The notes under the pieces are model-generated. The model had not been told where the DNA came from. It saw only the letters and a list, made by a program, of their open reading frames with translations, and made no database searches. A program made the translations under genes and the position numbers. From IMG/VR virus record IMGVR_UViG_3300027808_000022: DNA of 64,000 nt. The stretch is one strand, 5' to 3'. Numbering within the stretch: position 1 is the first letter of the stretch; every line of letters begins with the position of its first letter. Positions 31,334 through 42,046 of the stretch are shown here, one piece after another. The DNA is from an uncultured virus (IMG/VR IMGVR_UViG_3300027808_000022) (Duplodnaviria > Heunggongvirae > Uroviricota > Caudoviricetes).

Positions 31334-33103
31334 TCAACGCTTATATCCGCCGAACACCCATAAATAGTCTTGATAATCCTTTTGTGTTGGTTGATTTTGA
31401 TATGCAATATTTGTTTTATATTGTGTATTTGGCATTGCCGGGTTAAAGTATTGTTCTTTTGGTGGGTCATAAGAAGTAACCTGCCAAGATTCCAACATTG
31501 TTTTTGCCTGTTGTGTGACCTTTGTAAGTTGTGAAAAAGATGAATCAGATACATAAACAGCCATAGCCAAAGACATAATTAAATCATCATGTTGTCCTTT
31601 CATGTGGTCAGGTCTTCCATTAATATAAACAAATGTATTCATTTCATTCAATAATCTTGATGAATGAACTTTTAATCCGTGTCTTAATCCTTCCTCAAGA
31701 GCAGCAATAATTTGAACTCTTTTATTGTTAAAGTTAATACCAGGAATTTTTTCAGCCGCCTTTGGGTCATATTTCCATTTGTTACCAAAATCTACACCAT
31801 CAACATACAAATCTTTATATCCTAATTCTTGGAGTTTTCTTGCGGTAGCAACTCCCATACCACCCGTGATATCCACAACAATGAAACAGTTGTACATGTT
31901 ACCCCATTTGTAAGCAATTTCTGCCAATACATCAGGAGGAAGTTTTCCAATATACTCAGCAACTTGGTCTCTTTCGTCAAAATCATAAATTTGGAATGTT
32001 GAATAATCTTCAGAGTCCCCACGAGAAACGTCCACACCCATAATGTATCTGTGACCCATTTCAGGTTCTTTCCATATCCAAAGTCCACCACCCATCATTT
32101 TATTGATAGGTTCTTTAATCATATTATCTGTGATATTTTTAATTAAGTTAGAATCAAATACGTTATCACCTGAACCCAAAAAATTACATTCCAATTCCTG
32201 TGAAACTTTACGCTTATCATACTTAAGTTTTTTAACCATCGCCTCAAACCAAGAGGAACATGGTTTATAACCTAAATCAAAATAGGCTTTTAACTCATCA
32301 TAATTTCTTTCATAAGGGTCACGACCTGAAAAATCAACAACACTATCGGCGGTATATTCTTCACGGTTTAACAGATAATGAATAATTTCATTTGTTTTAA
32401 CCAAATATAAATCTTTTGTATAACGAGGGTCACGATACCAATACATTTCTGTAATTTTGAAATCGTTCATTCCACGATTGGCTTGTTCGTAGATTTCATA
32501 GTAAATTGGGTCATATCCGTTTGGTGTTGATACAACAACAACTTTACCACCCGTAGACAACGAAGCCATACAGGCAGCCCAGAAATCACCATCCGCCTCA
32601 ATATACGCAGCTTCATCAAATATCAACATAGTGGGGCTATAACCACGAAGTGCATCTTTTGATGTCGCAACGGCTTTAACTTCACAACCGTTTGTTAATT
32701 TAAAATGTCTTGCCGCGTTTTTATCTGGTGAAAAACTTACACCAACCCAAGCAGGCCATTGTTCAGTAAATCCACGTATTTTGTTTGCCATTTCCACGGC
32801 AGTGTCCAATTTGTTCGCAATAATCAAAACCTTTTCAGGTCTTTGTTTTGATGCAAATACAAGTCTTTTACTTGCCCAAGCCGCAGTCACGGTAGATACA
32901 CCCGCCTGACGGTATTTTAATGCAATGTTTTCGTTATAGGATTCATAATCCTCAACCAAATTAACTTGGTCAGGAAATAACTCTAATGGGACGTATCTTG
33001 ACTGAGTATTATCATAAGTCTGAAGATACGTCTTAAGAGCGTATGGTGTATTTTTTATACACCTTGAATATTCTAATAGTAATTGTTCTCTGGTTAAACC
33101 CAT
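31334..33103 (-). CDS. terL: Terminase large subunit (T4 gp17-like)
   Basis: KYRQAGVST Walker A, LIFDEAA Walker B, STPNG, QELECNF, GVDVSRG..DYS, HDDLIMS; no intein or intron seen. Confidence 0.95.
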   Translation of the reverse strand: MGLTREQLLLEYSRCIKNTPYALKTYLQTYDNTQSRYVPLELFPDQVNLVEDYESYNENIALKYRQAGVSTVTAAWASKRLVFASKQRPEKVLIIANKLDTAVEMANKIRGFTEQWPAWVGVSFSPDKNAARHFKLTNGCEVKAVATSKDALRGYSPTMLIFDEAAYIEADGDFWAACMASLSTGGKVVVVSTPNGYDPIYYEIYEQANRGMNDFKITEMYWYRDPRYTKDLYLVKTNEIIHYLLNREEYTADSVVDFSGRDPYERNYDELKAYFDLGYKPCSSWFEAMVKKLKYDKRKVSQELECNFLGSGDNVFDSNLIKNITDNMIKEPINKMMGGGLWIWKEPEMGHRYIMGVDVSRGDSEDYSTFQIYDFDERDQVAEYIGKLPPDVLAEIAYKWGNMYNCFIVVDITGGMGVATARKLQELGYKDLYVDGVDFGNKWKYDPKAAEKIPGINFNNKRVQIIAALEEGLRHGLKVHSSRLLNEMNTFVYINGRPDHMKGQHDDLIMSLAMAVYVSDSSFSQLTKVTQQAKTMLESWQVTSYDPPKEQYFNPAMPNTQYKTNIAYQNQPTQKDYQDYLWVFGGYKR

Positions 33104-33115
33104 AAAAGGTTAGTG

Positions 33116-34411
33116 TTAGGACCTGTCAATACCTAAACTACCTAAGAAATCATCTAAATCACTCAAATCATCATCGTCAGGACCCATAGTGTCACCATCT
33201 TCATCAGTATCATAGTCTTCGTCATCATCACTATGTACTTCATTCAAATGAGCTACAATTTCCTTAACCATTCTGTCCAAGATTGATGTTGCTTTTGCAT
33301 CACCTCTTAAAATCATTTTTGCTAATTTGAAAAACTCATCAGCCGAAAGTGCTGAAAATCTTGCAAAGAGGTAGTTTTGTATGAATTTTTTATCTTCTTC
33401 AAATAATTCTTCAGGATATGCTGCTAAGAATTTTTCCCACAATATTGGACCAATTCTTAAATCCCAAATTTCATTTGATAAGCTGTCAGTTGATGCCATG
33501 ACCATTTCGGCTTGTTTTGGGTCATCAGGAAGACCTTGAGTACCCAAGATTTCCATTGTACCTTTAATTAACTCGTGAATTAATATAGGAAAAAATACAC
33601 CTGTCGCTTTAACTGTTGGAGGGTCAGTTTGAATATCTACTTCTTCTTTACCACCAACACCACCTTGACTCATCATCATGTCCATCATTTCGTCAGGTAA
33701 TACCCAATACAATAAATCATTTACAGACATAACAACACCGTACAAATTCAATAAGTCGGGGTCAACTCTATCTAATTCATCTCTAACTAATTCAAACATG
33801 TAATGTCCTTTTTTAGACGAACCTTGAATTAATGCGTTAATAAATCTTCTTTTTGCCTTTTCAATATCAAATCTTTCAAATGCTGAAATAAAATCTTCAA
33901 GGTCTTCTTCTTTTTCTTGGAAATTCTGTTCAACTTCTTCGTCTTCAGGTTCTTCACCTTGTTTTTGAAAACCAGACATATCAATTTGACCTGGCATTAC
34001 AAGTTCAGCAACATAATTAATTTGGTCTGGTCGTACACCCATTTCTTTTCTAACCAAATCAATCGCCAAATTTTCAAGATATTCTTTATGAGCCATTTGT
34101 TTTTGTAACAATTGCATGGCCATAGTCATCATCATTCTTTGTAATTGTTGTAAAGCGTTTCCTCTTGAGATGTCAGCACCAGCGTTTGGTACATAACGTC
34201 TAACTTTAGCAACAACATCTTTAAATCTTTTAGAAGCAACTAATTCTTCAAATGTCTCAGGTAAATTACCCTGTTCAATATTTGGAAATGCTGGATTTGT
34301 AGATAATGGAGTTCCTTTTGAAAGAATTGTTCTTTCAATATCAGGTGACATTCTTTCAGGTCTATCTCCATAATCAATTGGAGCTTCTCTAACGATTTGT
34401 TTCTTTTTCAT
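33116..34411 (-). CDS. Hypothetical protein (HELIKG motif, acidic tail)
   Basis: 431-aa ORF co-oriented with terL. Confidence 0.7.
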   Translation of the reverse strand: MKKKQIVREAPIDYGDRPERMSPDIERTILSKGTPLSTNPAFPNIEQGNLPETFEELVASKRFKDVVAKVRRYVPNAGADISRGNALQQLQRMMMTMAMQLLQKQMAHKEYLENLAIDLVRKEMGVRPDQINYVAELVMPGQIDMSGFQKQGEEPEDEEVEQNFQEKEEDLEDFISAFERFDIEKAKRRFINALIQGSSKKGHYMFELVRDELDRVDPDLLNLYGVVMSVNDLLYWVLPDEMMDMMMSQGGVGGKEEVDIQTDPPTVKATGVFFPILIHELIKGTMEILGTQGLPDDPKQAEMVMASTDSLSNEIWDLRIGPILWEKFLAAYPEELFEEDKKFIQNYLFARFSALSADEFFKLAKMILRGDAKATSILDRMVKEIVAHLNEVHSDDDEDYDTDEDGDTMGPDDDDLSDLDDFLGSLGIDRS

Positions 34412-35394
34412 TATTGGTTTTTAAAGTCAATTTTTAATTGGTCAAATTCTAAATAATCAGGAATCTTAACAGTACCCATTTTTGGAGCTTCAGTAGACGC
34501 CTTTGGTTTTGGTTGATGTTTTGGGTTTTTAAAAGGGTCAGAAGTATTTGGTTTTTCTTTAGTACCAGGTTTTACTCTTGTAGGTGCTGGTGCTGTTTTT
34601 GTACCTTGTTCATCCATTTTTTCCGCTTTTGGTTTTGGTTGATGTTTTGGGTTTTTAAAAGGGTCCATTTTACCAGGTTTTTCCTTTTCTTTAGTACCAG
34701 GTTTTACTCTTGTAGGTGCTGTTTTTGTACTTTGTTCCATTGCTTCTTTTTTAGAAACATATGTGTTTTTATTTGATTTGTCCATTTTTGTTTCATCAAC
34801 AAATCCAATCATACTATTTTTAAATGGACGAGAAATTATTCCTTGTTCACTTAAAGTATTTAATAAATCAATTTTAGAAATTTTTGGTGATATATGTTTT
34901 TCAACCATTCTTAATAAAGAAGACTCAACAATTGGTAAATAAGGATTTTTACCTTCTTTAATATTTCTTTTTACATCCATCACACATCTTTCAAATTTTT
35001 TCTTATCTTCTCTACCAACTGATGAGGTACAAATTGCATATGGGTTATATTTTGATTTTTTCTTCGCTTCGCTAATATCTTCTTCTTTGTCAATACCATC
35101 ATCGCCTTCATCATCCATACCATCAGGTGCTTGTACTTGATGTGGTTCTTGAGTAGTTTGACCAAGTTTTGAATCACTTTTATCAACTTCTACACCTTGC
35201 TCATAAACTTCAAAAGGTTTTTTCTCGTTTTTTAATTTATCAATTGTTGCGGTGTCAGTTTTTGGTACCATTGTTATTTCAGATACCATCATTTTATGCA
35301 ATTGATTGATTTGACCTTCATTCATTGTTAATAACAATTTATGGCTCAATCCACGTTCCATTAGTTGTTTAATTTTTTTATTTTTCATATACAA
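34411..35394 (-). CDS. Hypothetical protein with duplicated basic ~40-aa C-terminal repeat
   Basis: EQ.TKTAP..TRVKPGTKEK...DPFKNPKHQPKPKA occurs twice. Confidence 0.7.
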   Translation of the reverse strand: MYMKNKKIKQLMERGLSHKLLLTMNEGQINQLHKMMVSEITMVPKTDTATIDKLKNEKKPFEVYEQGVEVDKSDSKLGQTTQEPHQVQAPDGMDDEGDDGIDKEEDISEAKKKSKYNPYAICTSSVGREDKKKFERCVMDVKRNIKEGKNPYLPIVESSLLRMVEKHISPKISKIDLLNTLSEQGIISRPFKNSMIGFVDETKMDKSNKNTYVSKKEAMEQSTKTAPTRVKPGTKEKEKPGKMDPFKNPKHQPKPKAEKMDEQGTKTAPAPTRVKPGTKEKPNTSDPFKNPKHQPKPKASTEAPKMGTVKIPDYLEFDQLKIDFKNQ

Positions 35395-35776
35395 CGTCTT
35401 TTTCTAATTCTAAAATAATGTCTCTTTCGTACAATTTATCTTTTACTTTCTGTTCTGAATCTCCGAAACGAAAAACAAGACGGGTCTCATCTTCACAACT
35501 TTCATCTTTTTCCCAGGCTAACGCAATTACATCTTCCATTGCGTCTGTGACTCCCATAAAATCAGAGTCCTGTATAAGTTCAAGTTGGACCACCGTATTT
35601 TTCAGTAGTCCAACTTTCTTTATATGTTTTAATTCAGGTGGTTGTGGGTAACCGTGTGCTGGTCTTGAATCCCAATTTTCACCCCAAACGTCTAATTCAT
35701 CACTAAAGATAAACTCATACATGTTATCTCCTCTATAATTTGGACCAAGTCCATTAATATAGATTAAATGACTCAT
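35378..35776 (-). CDS. Hypothetical protein
   Basis: 132-aa ORF with overlaps on both sides. Confidence 0.7.
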   Translation of the reverse strand: MSHLIYINGLGPNYRGDNMYEFIFSDELDVWGENWDSRPAHGYPQPPELKHIKKVGLLKNTVVQLELIQDSDFMGVTDAMEDVIALAWEKDESCEDETRLVFRFGDSEQKVKDKLYERDIILELEKDVVYEK

Positions 35777-37242
35777 AAAACTTCACCTTTTGGTGTTACT
35801 CTAATTTGTTCTCCGTTGTGTTCAAACACTAAATTACTTTTGTTTGTTTTTCCAACGAATTTAAAATTATTGTTTTCTTGTAAGATAAATTCAGACGCCA
35901 ATTCTTGTTCGTAAGTTTCTGACAATTTTTTAACTTTGTCCATTACTTGTGTTTTTTGTTGCTTTGACTCAACAAGTTTTTTACTTTTTGTTTTTTGTTC
36001 ATTTTCATTTACAACAAAATATGATGATAAAACCTTATCAACTTTAGATTCACTAAAAATTTCATCCATAATTTTAGAAACATGAGAATTAACTTTGTCT
36101 TCTTCAGACATTTCACTTCCCATTCTTTTAACTCTAACTTTCATTGGACCAAATTTTTCTTTGTATGCGTTGAACATTCTTTCACCCTCAGGTCCTTTTT
36201 GAAACATCGCATTATTACTATGTTTTTTCATCATTGGTTCAAATTCATCAAACTCTTCCTCGTCAAAATCAAAGTCAAAACCACCTTTATATGGTCTATC
36301 AGTTTCATCATACCATTCATCGTTTTTAAATGAACCATACATACCTTCTCCCATTTCACCATCAATTGGTTCTTCCATGTCCATATCCATATCTACGTCC
36401 ATATCTTCGTCATCACCCATAGAACCCATATCCATATCTGAATCATAATCAGATTCTTGGTCTTCTTCAAATTTTGACATGATATCTTCTTGGTCTTCTT
36501 CGTCAAGTTTGCTCAAATCCAATGCTGACAATAATGAATTAATAACATACTTAACATCTTCAGAAGTCATTCCAACAGAATCATTCATCATTCTGATTTT
36601 TTGACCCAATTTGCCTGTAAGTTTTTGAATAGTTTTAAATGTAATATCTTCTTCCTCACCAGCCATTGGTTCTTCTTCAGAACTCATATCCATATCCATA
36701 TCACCTTCAGGTGTATCTAATTCCATGTCCATATCCATTTCATCACCAGCTGGCATATCCAAAGATGCATCATCTAATGGTGCATCCATTGAACCTTCTT
36801 CAGGTGCAGGAGCAGGTGGTGGAAGTTCAGCTGCCGGTTCTGGCATTGGTGCCGGTGCTTTAGGAGTTTTTAATGTAAATTTTTTTTGTTCTGAAATTTG
36901 ATACATTGAAACCTCTTCTTCGTTTTCAACAAGTCTATTAATTTCACCTGCCATAAGGTTCAATCTTTTTAATGCTTGTGAATAAGAACGATAATACGTT
37001 CTATTTTTCATTGGCTCAATGTAATCCAAAGATTCATCAATTCTTTTCTTTATGATGTAACCAGTTTTTTCTTTTACAATCTCATACTGATGACCATCTG
37101 CTAACGTTTTTTCAAACTCCACTCTTGAAGTTTCATTAATGTTAGATGGTGCGGTTTCTTTATATCTAGAAATTTCAAGGATTCTATTGATTTTATCTTG
37201 TCCTTGTAATCTCTCACTTCCGATTGGTTTTAAGTCAGCCAT
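35773..37242 (-). CDS. Acidic low-complexity protein (possible head core/internal protein)
   Basis: 489 aa with D/E/M-rich tracts like the scaffold. Confidence 0.65.
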   Translation of the reverse strand: MADLKPIGSERLQGQDKINRILEISRYKETAPSNINETSRVEFEKTLADGHQYEIVKEKTGYIIKKRIDESLDYIEPMKNRTYYRSYSQALKRLNLMAGEINRLVENEEEVSMYQISEQKKFTLKTPKAPAPMPEPAAELPPPAPAPEEGSMDAPLDDASLDMPAGDEMDMDMELDTPEGDMDMDMSSEEEPMAGEEEDITFKTIQKLTGKLGQKIRMMNDSVGMTSEDVKYVINSLLSALDLSKLDEEDQEDIMSKFEEDQESDYDSDMDMGSMGDDEDMDVDMDMDMEEPIDGEMGEGMYGSFKNDEWYDETDRPYKGGFDFDFDEEEFDEFEPMMKKHSNNAMFQKGPEGERMFNAYKEKFGPMKVRVKRMGSEMSEEDKVNSHVSKIMDEIFSESKVDKVLSSYFVVNENEQKTKSKKLVESKQQKTQVMDKVKKLSETYEQELASEFILQENNNFKFVGKTNKSNLVFEHNGEQIRVTPKGEVL

Positions 37243-37266
37243 TTTTATATTTTTTGTTTTTTATGT

Positions 37267-38232
37267 TTAAGAGTTTAATCCATTAAATCCACCAAGAGCA
37301 ACTGAGTCAACTTGGACTACAGACCTTCCTTGTGCATTTGAATATATTGCGTGTGGCATTGCTTGTGTAGTTGTATCACCTGAACATGTAATACAATCTT
37401 CATATACTATTGTTCCACTACTTGTATTAGTTGTTCCACCTGTAAGAGCAAATCCACTTAAGGTAGGTGTTGGTGTTAAGGTAGGTGTTTTAGTTACAGT
37501 CGCAGTAACACTTGGTGTAACTGTTTTTGTTGGAGTAACCGTTGGTGTTTTAGTTACAGTTGCGGTAACACTTGGTGTAACTGTTTTTGTTGGAGTAACC
37601 GTTGGTGTTTTAGTTACAGTTGCGGTAACACTTGGTGTAACTGTTTTTGTTGGAGTAACACTTGCGGTAACACTTGGTGTTTGTGTTTTAGTAACACTTG
37701 GTGTTGGTGTATTAGTTGTTGTAACTGTTGGTGTAACCGTTTTAGTTACAGTTGCGGTAACACTTGGTGTCACAGTATTTGTTGCAGTTACAGAAGGTGT
37801 TACGGTTTTAGTTGGTGTAACACTTGGTGTTGTAGTATTAGTTGGTGTAAGTGTTGGTGTCGCAGTTTTTGTTGGAGTTACTGATGGTGTTGCAGTTTTT
37901 GTAACACTTGGTGTAACTGTATTTGTTGGTGTTACAGTAGGTGTTTTAGTTACAGTAGGTGTTACAGTTGCGGTAACACTTGGTGTTGGAGTAGGTGTTG
38001 AGGCTCCTTGACATGTGGCACAGTCATTATAATTTGTAGATTGAGTAGCAACAGTATCAATACCAACACCTGGTTCAGCGGTATCTACAATTTCGTAACA
38101 ACCACTATCAGTTGAACCTACAAATGTTAAGAAATAATTTCCTCCAACAACTGGAAGCGTACTACTACTAAATTCAACTAAAATTGCCGATGGTCCTTCA
38201 CAGGGTGCTATTAAATATGTTACTAATGCCAT
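37267..38232 (-). CDS. Mucin-like Thr/Pro-repeat virion-type protein
   Basis: Cys-containing end domains flanking ~190 aa of TPSVT/TPTVT/TKT repeats; start MALVTY after TATTTAT. Confidence 0.8.
   Translation of the reverse strand: MALVTYLIAPCEGPSAILVEFSSSTLPVVGGNYFLTFVGSTDSGCYEIVDTAEPGVGIDTVATQSTNYNDCATCQGASTPTPTPSVTATVTPTVTKTPTVTPTNTVTPSVTKTATPSVTPTKTATPTLTPTNTTTPSVTPTKTVTPSVTATNTVTPSVTATVTKTVTPTVTTTNTPTPSVTKTQTPSVTASVTPTKTVTPSVTATVTKTPTVTPTKTVTPSVTATVTKTPTVTPTKTVTPSVTATVTKTPTLTPTPTLSGFALTGGTTNTSSGTIVYEDCITCSGDTTTQAMPHAIYSNAQGRSVVQVDSVALGGFNGLNS
37485..37660. repeat. Near-perfect 60-bp tandem repeat inside the Thr/Pro gene
   Basis: Lines 37501, 37561 and 37621 are almost identical (..ggtaacacttggtgtaactgtttttgttggagtaac..). 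Confidence 0.85.
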
Positions 38233-38274
38233 AATTTTACTATATAAATATAGCAATAATGGTAAATTGTTAAA

Positions 38275-39027
38275 TTATTCTACGTCAGTATTTTCAATAG
38301 ATAAATTTTTATCCATTAATTTGTTTTTAAAGTTGAATAATTTGTCAATATATCCGTTTCTACGAAGAAATTTAAAGACCAAATTTTCGTATGAAAACTC
38401 ACCATCTTTTTCCAAACCTGATGACCTATACTTCTTTAATTTTTCTTTAAAACTGTCAATATGTTTTACAGCTTTTTCATAATTCTCACTTTTGGAATCC
38501 TCAATTGCATTATCAATTTTTGACATCATTGAATTTGCCTTTGATAATAACATTTCTTTATCAATTTTTACACTTTCTTTTTCAGGTTTGTGAACCCAAG
38601 TATCAAACATAACGGAATAGACACCGGTTGAAAAATGTGATTCATCAATATCTTCAGCATATAATTCCACATCAAAACCTTTTACGGTAATATTGTGGGT
38701 GGTATTAAATAAAGTTTTTTTAAGTTGGAATAATTCTTTGTAAACTTCAACATCTTCAACATCAAATTGTGAGAAGTCAACATAAAGGTGTAAATCAATA
38801 TCTGAAAACTTGGACCAATTATAATTTGCTAGTGAACCAGTAAATCTAACATCATCAACAAATAAATCATCACCCAAGAAATCCATGAATTCTCCGGCAA
38901 TCATTAACAATGCTTTTCTAATTTGTGGTTTTAATTTTGGTTCATCGCTTTCAACATCATCCCATATTTGAGGGTTCAATGTTTCTTGAGTTCCAAAAGA
39001 AGATAATATTTCTGAGTATTTATCCAT
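38275..39027 (-). CDS. Pol-beta-superfamily nucleotidyltransferase
   Basis: TGSLANYNWSKFSDIDLH (GS...DxD) and VELYAED. Confidence 0.75.
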   Translation of the reverse strand: MDKYSEILSSFGTQETLNPQIWDDVESDEPKLKPQIRKALLMIAGEFMDFLGDDLFVDDVRFTGSLANYNWSKFSDIDLHLYVDFSQFDVEDVEVYKELFQLKKTLFNTTHNITVKGFDVELYAEDIDESHFSTGVYSVMFDTWVHKPEKESVKIDKEMLLSKANSMMSKIDNAIEDSKSENYEKAVKHIDSFKEKLKKYRSSGLEKDGEFSYENLVFKFLRRNGYIDKLFNFKNKLMDKNLSIENTDVE

Positions 39028-39052
39028 CTTATATAAATACTCAAGATTTTAT

Positions 39053-39298
39053 TTAAGGTAATTTTTTGTATTTGTATACTTTTGAAATTTTGGAATTGAA
39101 ATATTTTCCTTGTGATTCTGACAATCTGAATTCTGCATATACATTGTGTGGTACATCTTCATATTCATAACGTGTACCATTTTTAAATTCTGTAATCATT
39201 GTTTTGTCTGCGGTATCATATTCAGTTCTAATAATATTAGATGAATTAATTTCATTAAGAATTTTTGTTCCTTTTATATCTTGTCTTCCTACTGCCAT
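39053..39298 (-). CDS. KTSC-domain protein
   Basis: SSNI...YD......EFKNG..YEY.DVP..VY..F..SESQGKYFNSKI. Confidence 0.88.
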   Translation of the reverse strand: MAVGRQDIKGTKILNEINSSNIIRTEYDTADKTMITEFKNGTRYEYEDVPHNVYAEFRLSESQGKYFNSKISKVYKYKKLP

Positions 39299-39347
39299 AA
39301 TAGTATAAATATTAAAAGACCCCTGATTTTAGTCAAGGGTCTTTTTG

Positions 39348-39794
39348 TTAGGGTCTCATTTTTCGTAGTTGGTCTCGGACTTCAATCGCTCTTTCAAAGT
39401 CTTGTCTTTCAATACAATCTTTTAACTCATCCTCAATCTTTTTAATTTCTTCTTGGTCTCTTTCAAAAGTTTTGATTTTATCACGAAGATAAATTGCCAA
39501 TTGGAAATCTTCTTTTTCAACTGCTTTGTCAAGTTGTTGTTTTAATGACTCCAAAGAATTTTTATTCTTTTTTGGTGGAACTGTTGAACTTGATGTTATG
39601 ATATAGGTAAATTTTCCATCGGGTGTTGTATAGACTTGTTTTTCCCAATCCATACCATCATCATTTCCTGTTTCTGATTTATGTTCCATAGAAGAACTTT
39701 TAAAGTTAGGGTTGTAATCACCGAACATCTCGTTGAGTTCGTCCATCATTTGTTTTAGTGATTTTCTGCTGTTGTTTCCAAATAAGTCAAACAT
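39348..39794 (-). CDS. Tandem UvrB/UvrC (UVR) motif protein
   Basis: LKQQLDKAVEKEDFQLAIYLRDKI and IEDELKDCIERQDFERAIEVRDQL. Confidence 0.8.
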   Translation of the reverse strand: MFDLFGNNSRKSLKQMMDELNEMFGDYNPNFKSSSMEHKSETGNDDGMDWEKQVYTTPDGKFTYIITSSSTVPPKKNKNSLESLKQQLDKAVEKEDFQLAIYLRDKIKTFERDQEEIKKIEDELKDCIERQDFERAIEVRDQLRKMRP

Positions 39795-39950
39795 ATTTTT
39801 TTTATTTTAATTTTTTTATGTATCTTTGTGAAACATAAATACAAAATTATGCCAAATCAACAGTACTGACATTTTGTCATACCATACTGACATATAGTCA
39901 TTATTGTTATTTGAAAATAAAATGGTATATTTGTGGTAAGATAAAAGACT

Positions 39951-41945
39951 ATGATTGAATCAATGGATAACACAGAAGGTAAATCAACACCTAAAAAGAA
40001 ATCAGGAGGAACTCCTGTATTGGACAATTTCAGTAAGGACTTAATTAAAATGGCTCAAGAGGGTAAATTGGACCCTGTAATTGGTCGTGAGATGGAAATT
40101 AACCGAATTGCTCAAATCCTTTCCCGTAGAAAGAAAAATAACCCAATTATCATTGGAGAACCTGGTTGTGGTAAAACCGCAATTGTTGAAGGTTTGGCAA
40201 TGAAAATCTTTAACGGGGATTGTCCTCGTAACTTGCGTGATAAACGTATTGTATTATTGGATTTAACATCCATCGTTGCCGGTACAAAGTATCGTGGTCA
40301 ATTTGAAGAACGTATGAAAGTTATTATTGAAGAACTTTCAGAAAATCCTGACATTGTAATTTTCATTGATGAAATTCATACAATTGTTGGAGCTGGTAAT
40401 TCTTCAGGTTCAATGGACGCATCCAACATCTTTAAACCAGCTCTTGCTCGTGGTGAAATCCAATGTATCGGAGCTACCACTTTGGATGAGTATCGTACCA
40501 ATTTTGAAAAAGACGGAGCCCTTGAGCGTCGTTTCCAAAAAGTTGTTGTTGACTCTCCAAATAAAGCTGAGACTTTAACAATTATTACAAATGTTAAAGA
40601 CAAGTATGAAGACTACCATAAGGTTAGTTATTCTGATGAAGTCTTGGAAATGTGTGTGAACTTGGCTGACCGTTACATTACTGACCGTGAGTTCCCTGAC
40701 AAAGCATTTGACATTATGGATGAAGTTGGTGCCCGTTCTCAAGTAGATACCAAAATCCCTGAAGCATTGGAGATTCTAAAACAAAAAGCGGCAGAACTTA
40801 AACAACAAAAACTTGATGTTGTTAAAAGACAAGACTTTGAACACGCTGCTGAACTACGTGATAAAGAAAAGAAACTTCTTGAGCGTTTAGAACTTGAAAA
40901 AGCAAAGTTTGAAAAGGAACAATCTGAAAATCGTAGACCGATTGACCCTGAGTTGGTATTGAATGTAGTTTCTTCAATGACAAAGATTCCAGTCAACAAA
41001 TTAAATGTTGATGATAAAATGGCTTTGATTGGAATGGAAAAAACATTGATTTCTGAAGTTGTAGGTCAGGATGATGCAGTGTCAAAGATTTCAAAATCCA
41101 TCCGTAGAAACCGTCTTGGTATTAAAGACCCAAACAAACCAATTGGTTCATTTATATTCTTGGGTTCAACAGGTGTGGGTAAAACTCACTTGGCAAAACA
41201 ATTGGCAAAACAAATCTTTGGTAGTTCAGATGCTCTTATCCGTGTGGACATGAGTGAGTACCAAGAGAAACATACCATTTCTCGTTTGATTGGTTCCCCT
41301 CCAGGTTATGTGGGTTATGAAGAAGGTGGACAATTAACCGAACAGGTTAAGAACAAACCTTATTCTGTAATCTTGTTTGATGAGGTAGAAAAGGCAAACA
41401 AAGAAATCTTCCATACACTTCTTCAGATGTTGGACGAAGGATACCTTACAGATTCTTTGGGTAGAAAGATTAACTTCAAAAACTGTTTAATTATTATGAC
41501 ATCAAACATTGGAGTTAAGAAACTTCAAGACTTTGGAACAGGTATCGGTTTTTCAAGTAACGCTTATTCTAATGAAGAACAGAAGAAAGAAATCTTGAAA
41601 AAAGAAATGAAGAATTTTTTCTCTCCTGAGTTCTTGAACCGTATTGATGATGTGATTGTATTTAATTCTTTGAATGAAGAATCTATCAAAAAGATTGTTG
41701 ACATTGAATTGAAGAAATTAATGGGTCGTTTATCAGAATTGAAACTTGTTTTCAAATATGATGATAAATTGGTTTCACACATCGCCAAAATTGGTTATGA
41801 TGAAGTGTATGGTGCTCGTCCAATTAAAAGAGCAATTCAGGACCAAATTGAAGATTTGATATCTGAAGAAGTCCTAAACGGAAATGTGGTTGAGGGTAAA
41901 CAATATTCCCTATCGGTAAAATCTGAGAAAGTAATCATCAAATAA
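39951..41945 (+). CDS. clpC: ClpC-type AAA+ unfoldase lacking the N-terminal domain
   Basis: Two AAA modules ([28 protein letters not shown]), UVR middle domain ([11 protein letters not shown]), ClpP-docking GIGF loop. Confidence 0.88.
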   Translation: MIESMDNTEGKSTPKKKSGGTPVLDNFSKDLIKMAQEGKLDPVIGREMEINRIAQILSRRKKNNPIIIGEPGCGKTAIVEGLAMKIFNGDCPRNLRDKRIVLLDLTSIVAGTKYRGQFEERMKVIIEELSENPDIVIFIDEIHTIVGAGNSSGSMDASNIFKPALARGEIQCIGATTLDEYRTNFEKDGALERRFQKVVVDSPNKAETLTIITNVKDKYEDYHKVSYSDEVLEMCVNLADRYITDREFPDKAFDIMDEVGARSQVDTKIPEALEILKQKAAELKQQKLDVVKRQDFEHAAELRDKEKKLLERLELEKAKFEKEQSENRRPIDPELVLNVVSSMTKIPVNKLNVDDKMALIGMEKTLISEVVGQDDAVSKISKSIRRNRLGIKDPNKPIGSFIFLGSTGVGKTHLAKQLAKQIFGSSDALIRVDMSEYQEKHTISRLIGSPPGYVGYEEGGQLTEQVKNKPYSVILFDEVEKANKEIFHTLLQMLDEGYLTDSLGRKINFKNCLIIMTSNIGVKKLQDFGTGIGFSSNAYSNEEQKKEILKKEMKNFFSPEFLNRIDDVIVFNSLNEESIKKIVDIELKKLMGRLSELKLVFKYDDKLVSHIAKIGYDEVYGARPIKRAIQDQIEDLISEEVLNGNVVEGKQYSLSVKSEKVIIK

Positions 41946-42046
41946 GTGAATAATATTCCTTATCGGTAATAAAAGTGGGGTCATTGACCCCATTTTTATT
42001 TATAAAGTTATAAGCATAAAAAAAAGGTCGTTAAGACCCTTTTCTA

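Noticed and set aside
37485..37990. Regular repeats resembling a CRISPR array (also 22960-23130)
   Set aside because: They are in-frame coding repeats for Thr/Pro tracts with no unique spacers and no cas genes.
39951..41945. ClpB assignment
   Set aside because: The short UVR-type middle domain and IGF loop indicate ClpC.
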